DNA of 64,000 bases from Clostridia bacterium (GCA_050950825.1 JBMNIH010000004.1:608001-672000), one strand, 5' to 3'. Counted from the first letter of the stretch, positions 24,707-34,297 are shown. A program made the numbers and translations. The notes: generated by a model not told the origin, from the letters alone.

Positions 24707-26890
24707 TTGATCTTTTTGAAAAGGTATCGACAGTTTGCATGGATTCTTGTAATCAGTCTTTTGTGTTCGACTCTTTCTTTTTTTACGGTACAGGCACAAG
24801 AAGTTCAGGTTTGGACGGAAAGCTCGTATATCAACGTTTTTCGCGATGATCGGAAGTCGGATAAAAGCGGTTCGTCCATTGATCTTGTGATGGCGAAAAA
24901 CGAGTTCGAGTCGGCTCAAATTTGCATTCGTATGCCCGTAGATTTTACCATTTTGGAAGTTACGGCAACGGATCTTCGATGCGGCAGCGAAATTCTAAAG
25001 AAAGAAAATATTACGTATAACTTTGTCGAATATTTTTATTTCGGCAAAAACACGGAAAGCTTGAACAAAATGACCGCCGTAAGATTTGGACAGGATTATT
25101 ATCCCGATGCTTTGTCCAATGAATTGTCCGTCAAGGTAAAAAAAGATACGACCCAACCGATTTGGATTACCGTATACACTCCGAAAGAGACGGTGAAGGG
25201 GCTCTACAAAGGAGAAATCGTAGTAAAGACCACCCAAGGAGACTACACCGTGGATTTGTCCGTTGAAGTCAACGACACGGTCATCCCGGATCCGGACCAA
25301 GCTGCATACGAGATCCTGATGTGGCAGCTGATTATCGGGTCCGGCTTCGGAAAAACGACGGCGGACTCCCATACAAACGACCCCATCGTTCGGAACTACA
25401 AGTTCGAAAGATGGACACCCCGGTGGTGGGAATTGGTGGAGGATATCGCGCTGAAGATGAAAAGCCATCGTCTCAATGTTCTGTTCGTTCAAACCGTACA
25501 GCTTTTAATAGACGGCGGAAGCACATTGGACGAAGACGGCAAGTATCATTTTAATTGGTCGAAATTTGACGAGTACATCGAATTCTTCATGGAAAAAGGC
25601 GGGGTAAAAAGTCTGGCAGGATATATGATGACCACCGCCGGTTCCCAAGTAAACGTAATCCTAAGAAACGGAAACGGGGTGTCGATAACGGATTCCGTAT
25701 CCATTCAATCCAAAGAAGCGGACAATTGGTTTGTGCAATATATTCCCGCTCTGTACGAGCATCTTAAGGAAAAAGGTTGGCTTCATATCTGGGTTCAAAA
25801 CTTAAGGGACGAGCCTTCGAATGGAGAAGACCGAGCGGATTATGCAAAATTAATGGAATATATGAGGACGTATGCTCCGGACATGAAAACGGGAGATCCT
25901 CACACCACCATGACCGCAGGAAGTTTTTTAATATCCGAAGATGTGGATATACTGATTCCTCTTTTGAATTTATACGACGAAAACAAAAGCATATATAAAA
26001 AAGCCTTAACCGGTGACAAAAAGCTTTGGACCTATACTTGCGTCGTACCGGGCGGTAATTATTTAAATCGCTTTATTGACAAGCCGGTTTGGCAGGGGCG
26101 CTCCATTGCATGGTTCAATTATGCCAACGATGCCGTCGGGTATTTGCACTGGGGACTGATGGCATGGTACCGTCCGATTACCGACTTTGCCAACGGAGAC
26201 ACCTCTTCTATCTTCCCTGATTCGAAGAACAATAAAGTGAAAACATCCATTCGCCTTGCGGCTTTAAGAGACGGGGCGGAAGATTACGAGCTTTTAAAGA
26301 TATTGGAAAAATCCGATAAAGAAACGGCGAAAGAGCTGGCGCAAAGGATCGCTTCTAAAGGGAACATGTATAATAAATCTCCTGAAGAGATGATCAAGAT
26401 TCGAAATATGCTTGTTCGTGCCGCCGCCTCCGTTCCGGATGCGATTCCTGCCATGAAGTCCATTGAACTGAGCTCTTACGAGCTGACCCTTGCCGTAGGA
26501 GACGTACATCGAATCGAGTACAAGGTTTTTCCCGAGGACACCTTCTTTTCCGATATTCAAATGGAAACGGACAATACGGAGGTTATAAAGCTTTGGGACA
26601 CCGGCCATGTGGAGGCTTTAAAAGAGGGGAAGGCCGTTGTTGTGTTTTCCGGCAAAAAGAATCCGGATGTAAAAGCGGTATGTCATGTAACGGTTGTCGA
26701 AAGACGGGAAGAAACGGAAGAAGAGCCGAAAGAAGAAACAAGCATTGAAGCACCCGTTTCGGAAGAAACGGAGCCTACACAAGAAGAGGGAAAACAAAAA
26801 AGCAACGGCATTTTCGTTTTGGCCGTTGCCGCTGCCTTCGCTTTCGGAGGACTCATTATTGCCGTCCTATCGAAAAGAAAAGGATCCTAA
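24707..26890 (+). CDS. Secreted, membrane-anchored GH123/DUF4091-like glycoside hydrolase with a Big_2 domain
   Basis: Signal peptide ending VQA, NEFESAQ, YPDAL, QPIW, DEP catalytic motif, WTYTC, GYLHWG, SIRLAALRDGAEDYE. Ig-like repeat, acidic linker and C-terminal TM helix with basic tail. Confidence 0.75.
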   Translation: MIFLKRYRQFAWILVISLLCSTLSFFTVQAQEVQVWTESSYINVFRDDRKSDKSGSSIDLVMAKNEFESAQICIRMPVDFTILEVTATDLRCGSEILKKENITYNFVEYFYFGKNTESLNKMTAVRFGQDYYPDALSNELSVKVKKDTTQPIWITVYTPKETVKGLYKGEIVVKTTQGDYTVDLSVEVNDTVIPDPDQAAYEILMWQLIIGSGFGKTTADSHTNDPIVRNYKFERWTPRWWELVEDIALKMKSHRLNVLFVQTVQLLIDGGSTLDEDGKYHFNWSKFDEYIEFFMEKGGVKSLAGYMMTTAGSQVNVILRNGNGVSITDSVSIQSKEADNWFVQYIPALYEHLKEKGWLHIWVQNLRDEPSNGEDRADYAKLMEYMRTYAPDMKTGDPHTTMTAGSFLISEDVDILIPLLNLYDENKSIYKKALTGDKKLWTYTCVVPGGNYLNRFIDKPVWQGRSIAWFNYANDAVGYLHWGLMAWYRPITDFANGDTSSIFPDSKNNKVKTSIRLAALRDGAEDYELLKILEKSDKETAKELAQRIASKGNMYNKSPEEMIKIRNMLVRAAASVPDAIPAMKSIELSSYELTLAVGDVHRIEYKVFPEDTFFSDIQMETDNTEVIKLWDTGHVEALKEGKAVVVFSGKKNPDVKAVCHVTVVERREETEEEPKEETSIEAPVSEETEPTQEEGKQKSNGIFVLAVAAAFAFGGLIIAVLSKRKGS

Positions 26891-26897
26891 GCTTTAA

Positions 26898-28025
26898 TCA
26901 TTCGGTTTTGTTGTTGAACAAAAATTCCGTGTACACATGGTCGGTAACCGGGTAATCAAAGCAATCTTCGTCGTTGAAATGCCACCATTCGTATTCGTAT
27001 TTGACAAAACCGCACTGCAGCATGATTTCCGTCATATAGTCCATATTCCGCCTTGCTTCTTGGGACATATTCGGATTGCTTCGTGATGCGGTGCTGTCGA
27101 AGGTGTGCATCGGAGAGGGCATTTCCACTTCTTTTCCCGTACTGTCTGCCAAGGAAATATCTACGGCGGAGCCTCGGTTGTGTCTTGACGGATTGTTCAC
27201 CGGATCGGCAATATAGATGGGATTTTTCACGATCTCGAACAATTTGACGGAAACGGAATACGGCCGATAAGCATCGTATACGATAATGGAGTAGCCGTCT
27301 TTTTGAAACAACGCTTGGGCCGCTTTTAGTTTTTCCGCCGTGCCCTTTTGTATCATACAAAGGTTCAGAGGATACAACACTTCTCCGGTAAAATTCTCTT
27401 CCGTAGCAAAGACAACCTTTGTCTTAATGGTCGGGTCTACGGTGCGTAAATCCACCAATTGGTCCAAAAGATTCGCCTCTTCTTTCTTTTCATTGGTGGA
27501 TTTGACGTATTGGGATTTTACGTGAGCGTATAGCTCCATGGAATAAGGTTCTACGGACCGATCAATGATGACGTAATCTTTGGATACATAACACTCCAGC
27601 CCTAAAAAATCCATCATGTAGAAATTACCGCTTTCTCCGATTAATGTGATAACGGTGTCGTGTTCCAAGCGACCCTTAACGGGATAGCCGGTACCGGGAC
27701 CTGAGCGAATATTAAGCCAATCGAATTGGTTGCTCAGCTTGACTTTACCGCAAACGGGGAAAGTGATTTTTTCCGGAACCGTCGGAGGAACGGTTGTAAC
27801 TTCTTCGGTTACAGCGACGGTTGTAACTTCCGTTGTTTCCCGAGGGACGGTAGATTCTTCTTGTTCTACGGGTGACAATAGAGTATCGGTAATTTCATCG
27901 ACCAAACTGCATGAAACGAATAGGGCGCAGCAGCAAAAGATCAGAAATGCCGCAACGGCACCTTTTAAGGGAACACGCAAGATCATGTGTTTGAACCGCA
28001 TATAACCGGTCGCCATGGCACTCAT
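26898..28025 (-). CDS. Lipoprotein with SH3b domain and VanX-like M15D D-Ala-D-Ala metallopeptidase domain
   Basis: Lipobox FVS|C, T/P/E linker, LNIRSGPGTGY (SH3b), YDAYRP, SRHNRGSAVD, EWWHF. Confidence 0.85.
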   Translation of the reverse strand: MSAMATGYMRFKHMILRVPLKGAVAAFLIFCCCALFVSCSLVDEITDTLLSPVEQEESTVPRETTEVTTVAVTEEVTTVPPTVPEKITFPVCGKVKLSNQFDWLNIRSGPGTGYPVKGRLEHDTVITLIGESGNFYMMDFLGLECYVSKDYVIIDRSVEPYSMELYAHVKSQYVKSTNEKKEEANLLDQLVDLRTVDPTIKTKVVFATEENFTGEVLYPLNLCMIQKGTAEKLKAAQALFQKDGYSIIVYDAYRPYSVSVKLFEIVKNPIYIADPVNNPSRHNRGSAVDISLADSTGKEVEMPSPMHTFDSTASRSNPNMSQEARRNMDYMTEIMLQCGFVKYEYEWWHFNDEDCFDYPVTDHVYTEFLFNNKTE

Positions 28026-28050
28026 CTTCCTTCCTCTCTTCTTGTTGATA

Positions 28051-29358
28051 TTAATAAACGGAATCGGGATTAAACGGGTCGGTGGGGTCTTTTGTCATGT
28101 ACACATCGTCCACCGTAGGAGGTTTTTCCGAAACGGTACCCCTTGGTGAACCGTTCACAATTTCCACCGGCGTTCCTATAGGGCAATAGGAATAGACCCA
28201 ATATGCGGCGTAGGATGTGGTTCTCAAGCATCCCGCCGTCGCGTTGGTTCCGATTTCGTTATATAACGAAACCAACATGGTTTCCGTATCCGGCAAGCTG
28301 AAAATGGGGGAGTGGATGTATAGATTTCCATAGTAAGCCGTAGCGTATTGCGCATAACCGCCGTTGTAGGGAAACTCATGCCATCTCTCTTTTTTATACA
28401 CGGCAAAATTACCGACGGGAGTTCGCCCGGCCGTCCGGCCTACCGCCGTCCGGAACGCTTTTACCGGAACGGTATATTCGCCGTTTTCATCCTTTTTGTA
28501 AACGGTCAGCGTAAAGGAGCCCTTTTCAAGATACAGGCTGTACGGAAGCTCTCCTTCTTTTTCAAGCTCTTCCAAGGTTCGATACAAAGGATCCGTAGGA
28601 TCCGTAAATACGTATTCCGGGTTTAATTCCGGAAGAGGGTCCGATACGATTTGCTTCGGGCTTCCTTCTACAATATGCAAAAGAGTGTTCTCGCTGCTGT
28701 TTTGCATAATCCAATACGCGGTTCCTGCCGTCGTTAAAATATTACCCTTTGTTGACGGCTGACCTAAGCCCAGGTAAGATTTTCGAACCAAGGTATTCCG
28801 GTCTTGGGTTTCGTAAAGGGAGGAGCTGATGATAACCCCTCGATCCCAGAGGGTAGCGTATTGTACATACCCGTCCGATTCCATTTCAAGCCAATCCTTG
28901 CGTTCCTTGATGTGAAAAATCCCGACGGGAGTAGATCCTCCCAATCCTGCGGATACGGGGGAACAATGAATGACTTTGTCGAAGCTTTCGGCTCCGGATT
29001 TTTCATATATCGTTAAAGTTCCGCTTCCAAGCTCGATGTAAATATAATAGTTGAAATTACCGTCCTTCAGTATTTGCTCCACGTTGGTTTGCGGAACCGT
29101 AACGGGAATCGAGGTTTTCGGTTCCGTTTCTTCCTTTACCACGGTACTTTCCGTCACTTTTTGGGCGGAGGTTGTCGTCTCTATATTCTCTATATGATTA
29201 CTTGTCGTGTTGCCTTCGCTATTTTTCGTTTCCTGCTCTTCCGTGTATCCTTGATGATCCGGACTTCCGATTTTTGCCGCTGCAACAATGGCGACAATAA
29301 GCACAAGAGTGATAATAACCAGGGTGGAAAATTTCAATTTCATAACTCGTTCATCCAA
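28051..29358 (-). CDS. Membrane-anchored L,D-transpeptidase with two YkuD domains
   Basis: N-terminal TM helix and two repeats, each ending DPTDP. Repeat 2 has HS...ATAGCLR. Repeat 1 lacks the His and Cys. The start may be ATG at 29343. Confidence 0.85.
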   Translation of the reverse strand: MDERVMKLKFSTLVIITLVLIVAIVAAAKIGSPDHQGYTEEQETKNSEGNTTSNHIENIETTTSAQKVTESTVVKEETEPKTSIPVTVPQTNVEQILKDGNFNYYIYIELGSGTLTIYEKSGAESFDKVIHCSPVSAGLGGSTPVGIFHIKERKDWLEMESDGYVQYATLWDRGVIISSSLYETQDRNTLVRKSYLGLGQPSTKGNILTTAGTAYWIMQNSSENTLLHIVEGSPKQIVSDPLPELNPEYVFTDPTDPLYRTLEELEKEGELPYSLYLEKGSFTLTVYKKDENGEYTVPVKAFRTAVGRTAGRTPVGNFAVYKKERWHEFPYNGGYAQYATAYYGNLYIHSPIFSLPDTETMLVSLYNEIGTNATAGCLRTTSYAAYWVYSYCPIGTPVEIVNGSPRGTVSEKPPTVDDVYMTKDPTDPFNPDSVY

Positions 29359-29582
29359 TCCATAACGATTCGTTACATAACCGATTCATAATACGAAATT
29401 ATTGTAACATATTTTAGACGAATCGGTTGAGAAAACGGTTCTATCTTTTCGTCGTTTTTTTATCTTTATGATACTTTTTCCAAAACAAATGATTTGTAAC
29501 TCGTCTTTATGTATAATATAGGCATGGATAAACAATCGGAGAGACAGAACCGAGAAACGTTTAATAAAAAGGAGTTTGTACC

Positions 29583-31241
29583 GTGAAAAGTCATTTCGAT
29601 AAAATCACAAAAATCGGAGATATTACGATCAATCGTTTATTGAAAACCCAGTGTATGGATGAGAACCATCCGGAGTACGGAGGCTTTATCGTTGAGGGAA
29701 AAGGCTTTAGCGAACCTGCGTGGGTGATCCGCAATGCATGCTACTATATCGCCCAATATTATAACGAAAAATCAAAATATTACAAAAATCCTTTGTTGTT
29801 GGACCGGGCGAAAAAAGCCCTTTTATATACCGTATCCCGACAATACGAAGACGGAACCATTGACTTGTTGGAGACGAATTTTCATGACGCAACCGCCGTA
29901 GCCTTTGTCATACAGCAGGCCGCATACGCCTATCGGGTAATGGAAAAGTATTCGGAAAAAAGCTCGGAAGAAACCTTTATCATGGATACCCTTTACGACT
30001 TTTTTGAAAAAAGCGCTTACGGCATTAAAAACGGCGGCTTCCATACGCCGAACCACCGATGGGTCATGTGCTCCGCCTTGGCTTTATTGATCAACATCCT
30101 TAATCGCAAGGACCTCTACGACGAAATCATCTTGTACCTTCGGGAAGGCATCGACTGTAACGAATACGGAGAGTATTCCGAAAGATCCGCAGGCACCTAC
30201 AACGAGATTAACAATCGCAGCCTGATTATTATGGCCGGAGAGCTTCATATGCCGGGTCTTTATGAATATGTGAAAAGAAATCTCTATTTAATGATGACCT
30301 ATATCGAACCGGACGGCACGGTTTGCACCTTAAATTCCCGCAGACAAGATTTCGGTACCGTGGTTTATCCTTCTGTCTACTACGAAAACTATTTGTTAAT
30401 GGCGCACCTGACGAAGAATAAACACTTTGCCTATATGGCGGATCAATTGCTTTCCATGCATCATGACGAGGAACTGGACAGGGGAGATTTATCCGCTTTC
30501 GGCTTTCCTTTTATGGCTTTACGGTATATGGCGGATGACTTTTTACGGGAAAACGAATGCGAAAAAGAGCCTTTCGATACGGAGCATTATCATAAATTCT
30601 ATGAATCGTCGAATATCGTAAGAATCCGGGACAAGGATCGGTCCCTTACGATTTTAGGAGGCCAAGAAGCCTTTTTGAAGTTTCAGAAAGGACATAACTA
30701 TACGATTTTGAGAATCGCCGCCTCTTATTTCGGACCGAAGGGAAGGTTTCTGCCGAAATTAGAAAAAACGGAAAGCGGCTATCGTTTGTCCTATGAATGC
30801 GAGTGGGGATATGTGAGGCCTTTAGGCAAGGTCAAAGGAAGCTTAAAGGACGGAAAAATCGATTGGGAATTTCGAGAAAAGGTGCATACCATGACTTGGA
30901 CAATGACGGTGGATGTATCCTACGAGGACGGAGAAGTAAAGCTTCAGACGGAATCCTCGAACATCAACCGCTTACCTTTTAAAATCGACCTTCTATTCCC
31001 GGCAGAAGGGACGCTGGAGCACGATTCTTTTTCCGTAAAAGGTACGAAAGGCTCGTATATGATTGTAAAGAAAGGATCCTTCGAATACCGATACCAAGAT
31101 GATCGTATAACGGTAGAAGGCGCTTTCGGGGAGCATGAATACACAAAAGAAATGAGAGGCGCTCCTCCTATGGAAGAAAAACGCTTCACCGTGAACTTTA
31201 CCGGTTTTTCGCCGGCGAAAAAAACGATACGGATTCGATGA
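29583..31241 (+). CDS. Uncharacterised protein, probable polysaccharide-lyase-like (alpha/alpha + beta-sandwich) enzyme
   Basis: GGFHTPNHRW and GEYSERSAGTYN resemble the NH and Tyr motifs of alginate/heparin lyases. Beta-rich C-terminus. SD AAAGGAG. Confidence 0.45.
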   Translation: MKSHFDKITKIGDITINRLLKTQCMDENHPEYGGFIVEGKGFSEPAWVIRNACYYIAQYYNEKSKYYKNPLLLDRAKKALLYTVSRQYEDGTIDLLETNFHDATAVAFVIQQAAYAYRVMEKYSEKSSEETFIMDTLYDFFEKSAYGIKNGGFHTPNHRWVMCSALALLINILNRKDLYDEIILYLREGIDCNEYGEYSERSAGTYNEINNRSLIIMAGELHMPGLYEYVKRNLYLMMTYIEPDGTVCTLNSRRQDFGTVVYPSVYYENYLLMAHLTKNKHFAYMADQLLSMHHDEELDRGDLSAFGFPFMALRYMADDFLRENECEKEPFDTEHYHKFYESSNIVRIRDKDRSLTILGGQEAFLKFQKGHNYTILRIAASYFGPKGRFLPKLEKTESGYRLSYECEWGYVRPLGKVKGSLKDGKIDWEFREKVHTMTWTMTVDVSYEDGEVKLQTESSNINRLPFKIDLLFPAEGTLEHDSFSVKGTKGSYMIVKKGSFEYRYQDDRITVEGAFGEHEYTKEMRGAPPMEEKRFTVNFTGFSPAKKTIRIR

Positions 31242-31537
31242 GGAATAAAGGATTTATGACGGAAGAGCAAATTCTGCACTATGCGAAAATGGCGAGAATT
31301 TCTTTAACCTCGAAAGAAACAAAGGCTTTGACCGATGAAATCAATCGGATGATAATGTCCTTTGAGAAGCTTCAAGATTTGGTTACCGATTTTCCCGTAC
31401 CGGAAGAAAGAACCGGTCTGAGGTTCGAGGCATTAAGAGAAGACAAAACGGAAAAAAGGTTTCATAGAGAGGCTCTTTTAAAGAGCACACCTTCCGTAGA
31501 GAACCATTCTGTGAAAGTGCCGAGTGCGTTAGAATAG
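31238..31537 (+). CDS. gatC: Asp/Glu-tRNA amidotransferase subunit C
   Basis: ILHYAKMARISL...LRED...KVP, 99 aa, immediately upstream of gatA and gatB. Confidence 0.85.
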   Translation: MRNKGFMTEEQILHYAKMARISLTSKETKALTDEINRMIMSFEKLQDLVTDFPVPEERTGLRFEALREDKTEKRFHREALLKSTPSVENHSVKVPSALE

Positions 31538-31545
31538 GTGGCGAG

Positions 31546-32835
31546 ATGACCCTTTCCAACATGTCCGTAAAGCAAATCGGGGACAAGCTAAAGAAAAAAG
31601 AAATATCTGCCGTTGAACTTACGAAAGTCTATTTGGGTCGCATCAAAAAAGAAGATCCGAAAAAGGAATGCTTCGTGACCCTTTGGGAGGATAAGGCTTT
31701 GCGGCAGGCGGAGACTTTTCAAAAAAAACAGGATAAAAACGGCCTCTTGTCTTTTTTGGCAGGTATACCTTGCGGTTTGCAGGATCATATTTGTACCGAA
31801 AACCTTTCCACGGAAGCCGGATCCGTAATACTGAAAAATTTCATTCCTCCGTACAACGCAACGGTTGTAGAAAAAATACTGGACAGGCTCGGCATTCCTT
31901 TAGGAAAGCTTCGCATGAGCGAATTCGGTATGAATCCGGACCCGATACAGTGCGGTGCCGCGCAATCCGTTTCCAAAGGATGGACGGTGTATTCTTTGGG
32001 ATCCGATGTATTCGGATCCGTAAGCATAGCTTCCGTCTTTTGGAACATTGCAGGGCTTAGACCTACCCACGGATTGGTATCTCGCTACGGCTTGATCGCT
32101 TCGTCTTCTTTGGATCAAATCGGAATTTTTGCGAATAGGGTCGAAGATTGTGCCGCCGTTCTTTCGGAGATCGCAGGTCAAGACCCTCGGGATCCGTTAT
32201 CCGCATCCTTTACCGTCCCGGATTATACGACGTATCTTCGTAAAGGCGTCAGAGGACTAAAGATCGGCTTTTTAGCCGGGGCGGAGGATGATGCGAAGGT
32301 ATTTGAAAAACAAGGTGCCGAAGTAAAAGAAGTTACCTTATCCTTACTCTCCTATATCCGGCCGATATACGACATCCTCTTTTCGGCGGAGGCAAGCTCC
32401 GCGTTAGGACGGTACGACGGTATCAAATACGGGTACCGAAGCTCACATGGAAACAACCTGTCCGAGCTGTATACCCGCTCCCGAGGCGAAGCCTTCGGTT
32501 CGGAAGCTAAAAAATACGTTCTGGCGGGTACCCACATCTTAAGCTCGGAACAAAGAGAGATATACAATAAAGCATTAAAGGGCAGGTATTTGATTGCAAA
32601 AGAGTCGGAAGACCTCTTTACTCATTTTGATGTGCTTTTGATGAAAGGGAATCCGAAAGAAGATGATTTGTGCCTTTTGCCTGCATTAACGGGAATGCCG
32701 GCATTGACCGTGCCGAAAGGCTCCCGCAGTGAAAACGGTTTTTACGGTATTCGGTTGATGGCAAATCGTTTTCAAGAGGGTTTGCTGTTTCAAGCGGGTC
32801 ATCTGTACCGATCCGAGACGGGAGGAGCGACATGA
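31546..32835 (+). CDS. gatA: Asp/Glu-tRNA amidotransferase subunit A, catalytically degenerate
   Basis: ISAVELTKVYL, PTHGLVSRYGL, SSLDQIG, EASSALGRYDGIKYG. The catalytic Lys is replaced by Gln and the GGSSGGS motif is missing. Confidence 0.88.
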   Translation: MTLSNMSVKQIGDKLKKKEISAVELTKVYLGRIKKEDPKKECFVTLWEDKALRQAETFQKKQDKNGLLSFLAGIPCGLQDHICTENLSTEAGSVILKNFIPPYNATVVEKILDRLGIPLGKLRMSEFGMNPDPIQCGAAQSVSKGWTVYSLGSDVFGSVSIASVFWNIAGLRPTHGLVSRYGLIASSSLDQIGIFANRVEDCAAVLSEIAGQDPRDPLSASFTVPDYTTYLRKGVRGLKIGFLAGAEDDAKVFEKQGAEVKEVTLSLLSYIRPIYDILFSAEASSALGRYDGIKYGYRSSHGNNLSELYTRSRGEAFGSEAKKYVLAGTHILSSEQREIYNKALKGRYLIAKESEDLFTHFDVLLMKGNPKEDDLCLLPALTGMPALTVPKGSRSENGFYGIRLMANRFQEGLLFQAGHLYRSETGGAT

Positions 32836-34295
32836 AAGAGTTTGAGACGATTATCGGTTTGGAAATCCATGTAGAGCTTGCAACCTCCACGAAGTTGTTC
32901 TGCAGCTGCTCCGCTCGCTTTACCCGTGAACCGAACCGAAACTGCTGTCCCTTGTGCATGGGTATGCCCGGGACCTTGCCCGTGCTGAATCGTAAAGCGG
33001 TGGAGTACGCCGTAAGGGTAGGCTTGGCTCTTTCTTGCCGTATCGAAAGGTTTTCAAGGTTTGACCGCAAAAACTACTTTTACCCGGATTTGCCGAAGGG
33101 CTATCAAATCACCCAATACGAATATCCCTTGTGCAAGGAAGGCTATTTTGATATCGATACGCCTCAAGGCATAAAAAGAATCGGTATCGCCGAGATACAC
33201 TTGGAAGAGGATGCGGGAAAGCTTATCCATCTTGAAGACGGTTTCAGCTTAATCGATTATAACCGAGCGGGAATTCCTTTGATTGAAATCGTTACCGAGC
33301 CGGACCTTCGTTCTGCGGAAGAAGCCAAAATATTCTCCGAAGATTTAAGGAATCTCATCATGTATACAAGAGCCTCGGACTGCAAAATGCAAGAGGGTTC
33401 CATGCGGGTGGACGTGAATCTGTCTGTCCGTGAAAAAGGGACCCCCGATTTCGGGACAAGGACGGAAATAAAGAATTTGAACAGCTTCCGATCCGTTGCA
33501 CGAGCCATCCAATACGAATCCGAAAGACAGATTCGATTATTGAAATCCGGAAAAAACGTGTTGCAAGAAACCCGCAGATGGGACGAGGCGAAGGGTGAAA
33601 GCGTCCCCATGAGGAACAAGGAAGATATATCCGATTACCGATATTTTAAAGAACCGGATTTGCCGGCAATCATTCTTTCCTTGGAAGAAATTGAGTCCGT
33701 TCGAAAAACTTTGCCTTCATTGCCTCGGGAAAGGATGGAGCGATATAGGAGAGAGTGGAATTTGCCTTGGAATGACGCAAAACTTATTGCATCCTCCAGG
33801 GCTTTAGCGGACTTTTATGAAAAAACCGTGCAATATTGCAGGCTGCCGAAGGAAGCGTCTCATTGGGTAACCGGTGAAGTGTTAAAAAAACTCAATGAAA
33901 AGAAATTGGTGCTTGAGGAATCTGACATGGATCCGAAATTCTTAGGAAAATTGATCCTATTGGTAAAGGAGGAGAGGTTAACGGGAAGCGTTGCCAAGAA
34001 AATTTTTGATATCATGTTCGATACCAAAGAGGACCCGGAAAAAATTATTGCCTCCTATGGCCGGATAACCGTAAAAGACGCAGGACAATTGGATCAAGTT
34101 ATCGAAAAAGTTTTAAAAGAAAACCCGAAAGCCGTAGCCGATTATTTGGGCGGAAAGAAAAAAACCTTCGGATATTTTATGGGTGAAATCATGAAAGAAA
34201 CAAACGGAAGGGCGGATACGGCTTTAGCCAAAAAAATACTGGAGAAAAGATTGGCTTTTTTATACAATAATAATAACCCGATAAAGGAGGGTTGA
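32832..34295 (+). CDS. gatB: Asp/Glu-tRNA amidotransferase subunit B
   Basis: GLEIHVEL, RKNYFYPDLPKGYQITQ, IHLEEDAGK, DYNRAGIPLIEIV, EIKNLNS and a YqeY-like tail. Confidence 0.96.
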   Translation: MKEFETIIGLEIHVELATSTKLFCSCSARFTREPNRNCCPLCMGMPGTLPVLNRKAVEYAVRVGLALSCRIERFSRFDRKNYFYPDLPKGYQITQYEYPLCKEGYFDIDTPQGIKRIGIAEIHLEEDAGKLIHLEDGFSLIDYNRAGIPLIEIVTEPDLRSAEEAKIFSEDLRNLIMYTRASDCKMQEGSMRVDVNLSVREKGTPDFGTRTEIKNLNSFRSVARAIQYESERQIRLLKSGKNVLQETRRWDEAKGESVPMRNKEDISDYRYFKEPDLPAIILSLEEIESVRKTLPSLPRERMERYRREWNLPWNDAKLIASSRALADFYEKTVQYCRLPKEASHWVTGEVLKKLNEKKLVLEESDMDPKFLGKLILLVKEERLTGSVAKKIFDIMFDTKEDPEKIIASYGRITVKDAGQLDQVIEKVLKENPKAVADYLGGKKKTFGYFMGEIMKETNGRADTALAKKILEKRLAFLYNNNNPIKEG

Positions 34296-34297
34296 CC

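Noticed and set aside
26898-28025. Acquired vancomycin-resistance cluster
   Set aside because: No vanH, vanA/B ligase or vanRS nearby, and the protein is an exported SH3 fusion.
31546-32835. gatA as a frameshifted pseudogene
   Set aside because: The frame is continuous, all deletions are in frame, and the interface motifs and coupling to gatB are kept. Reported as a pseudo-enzyme instead.
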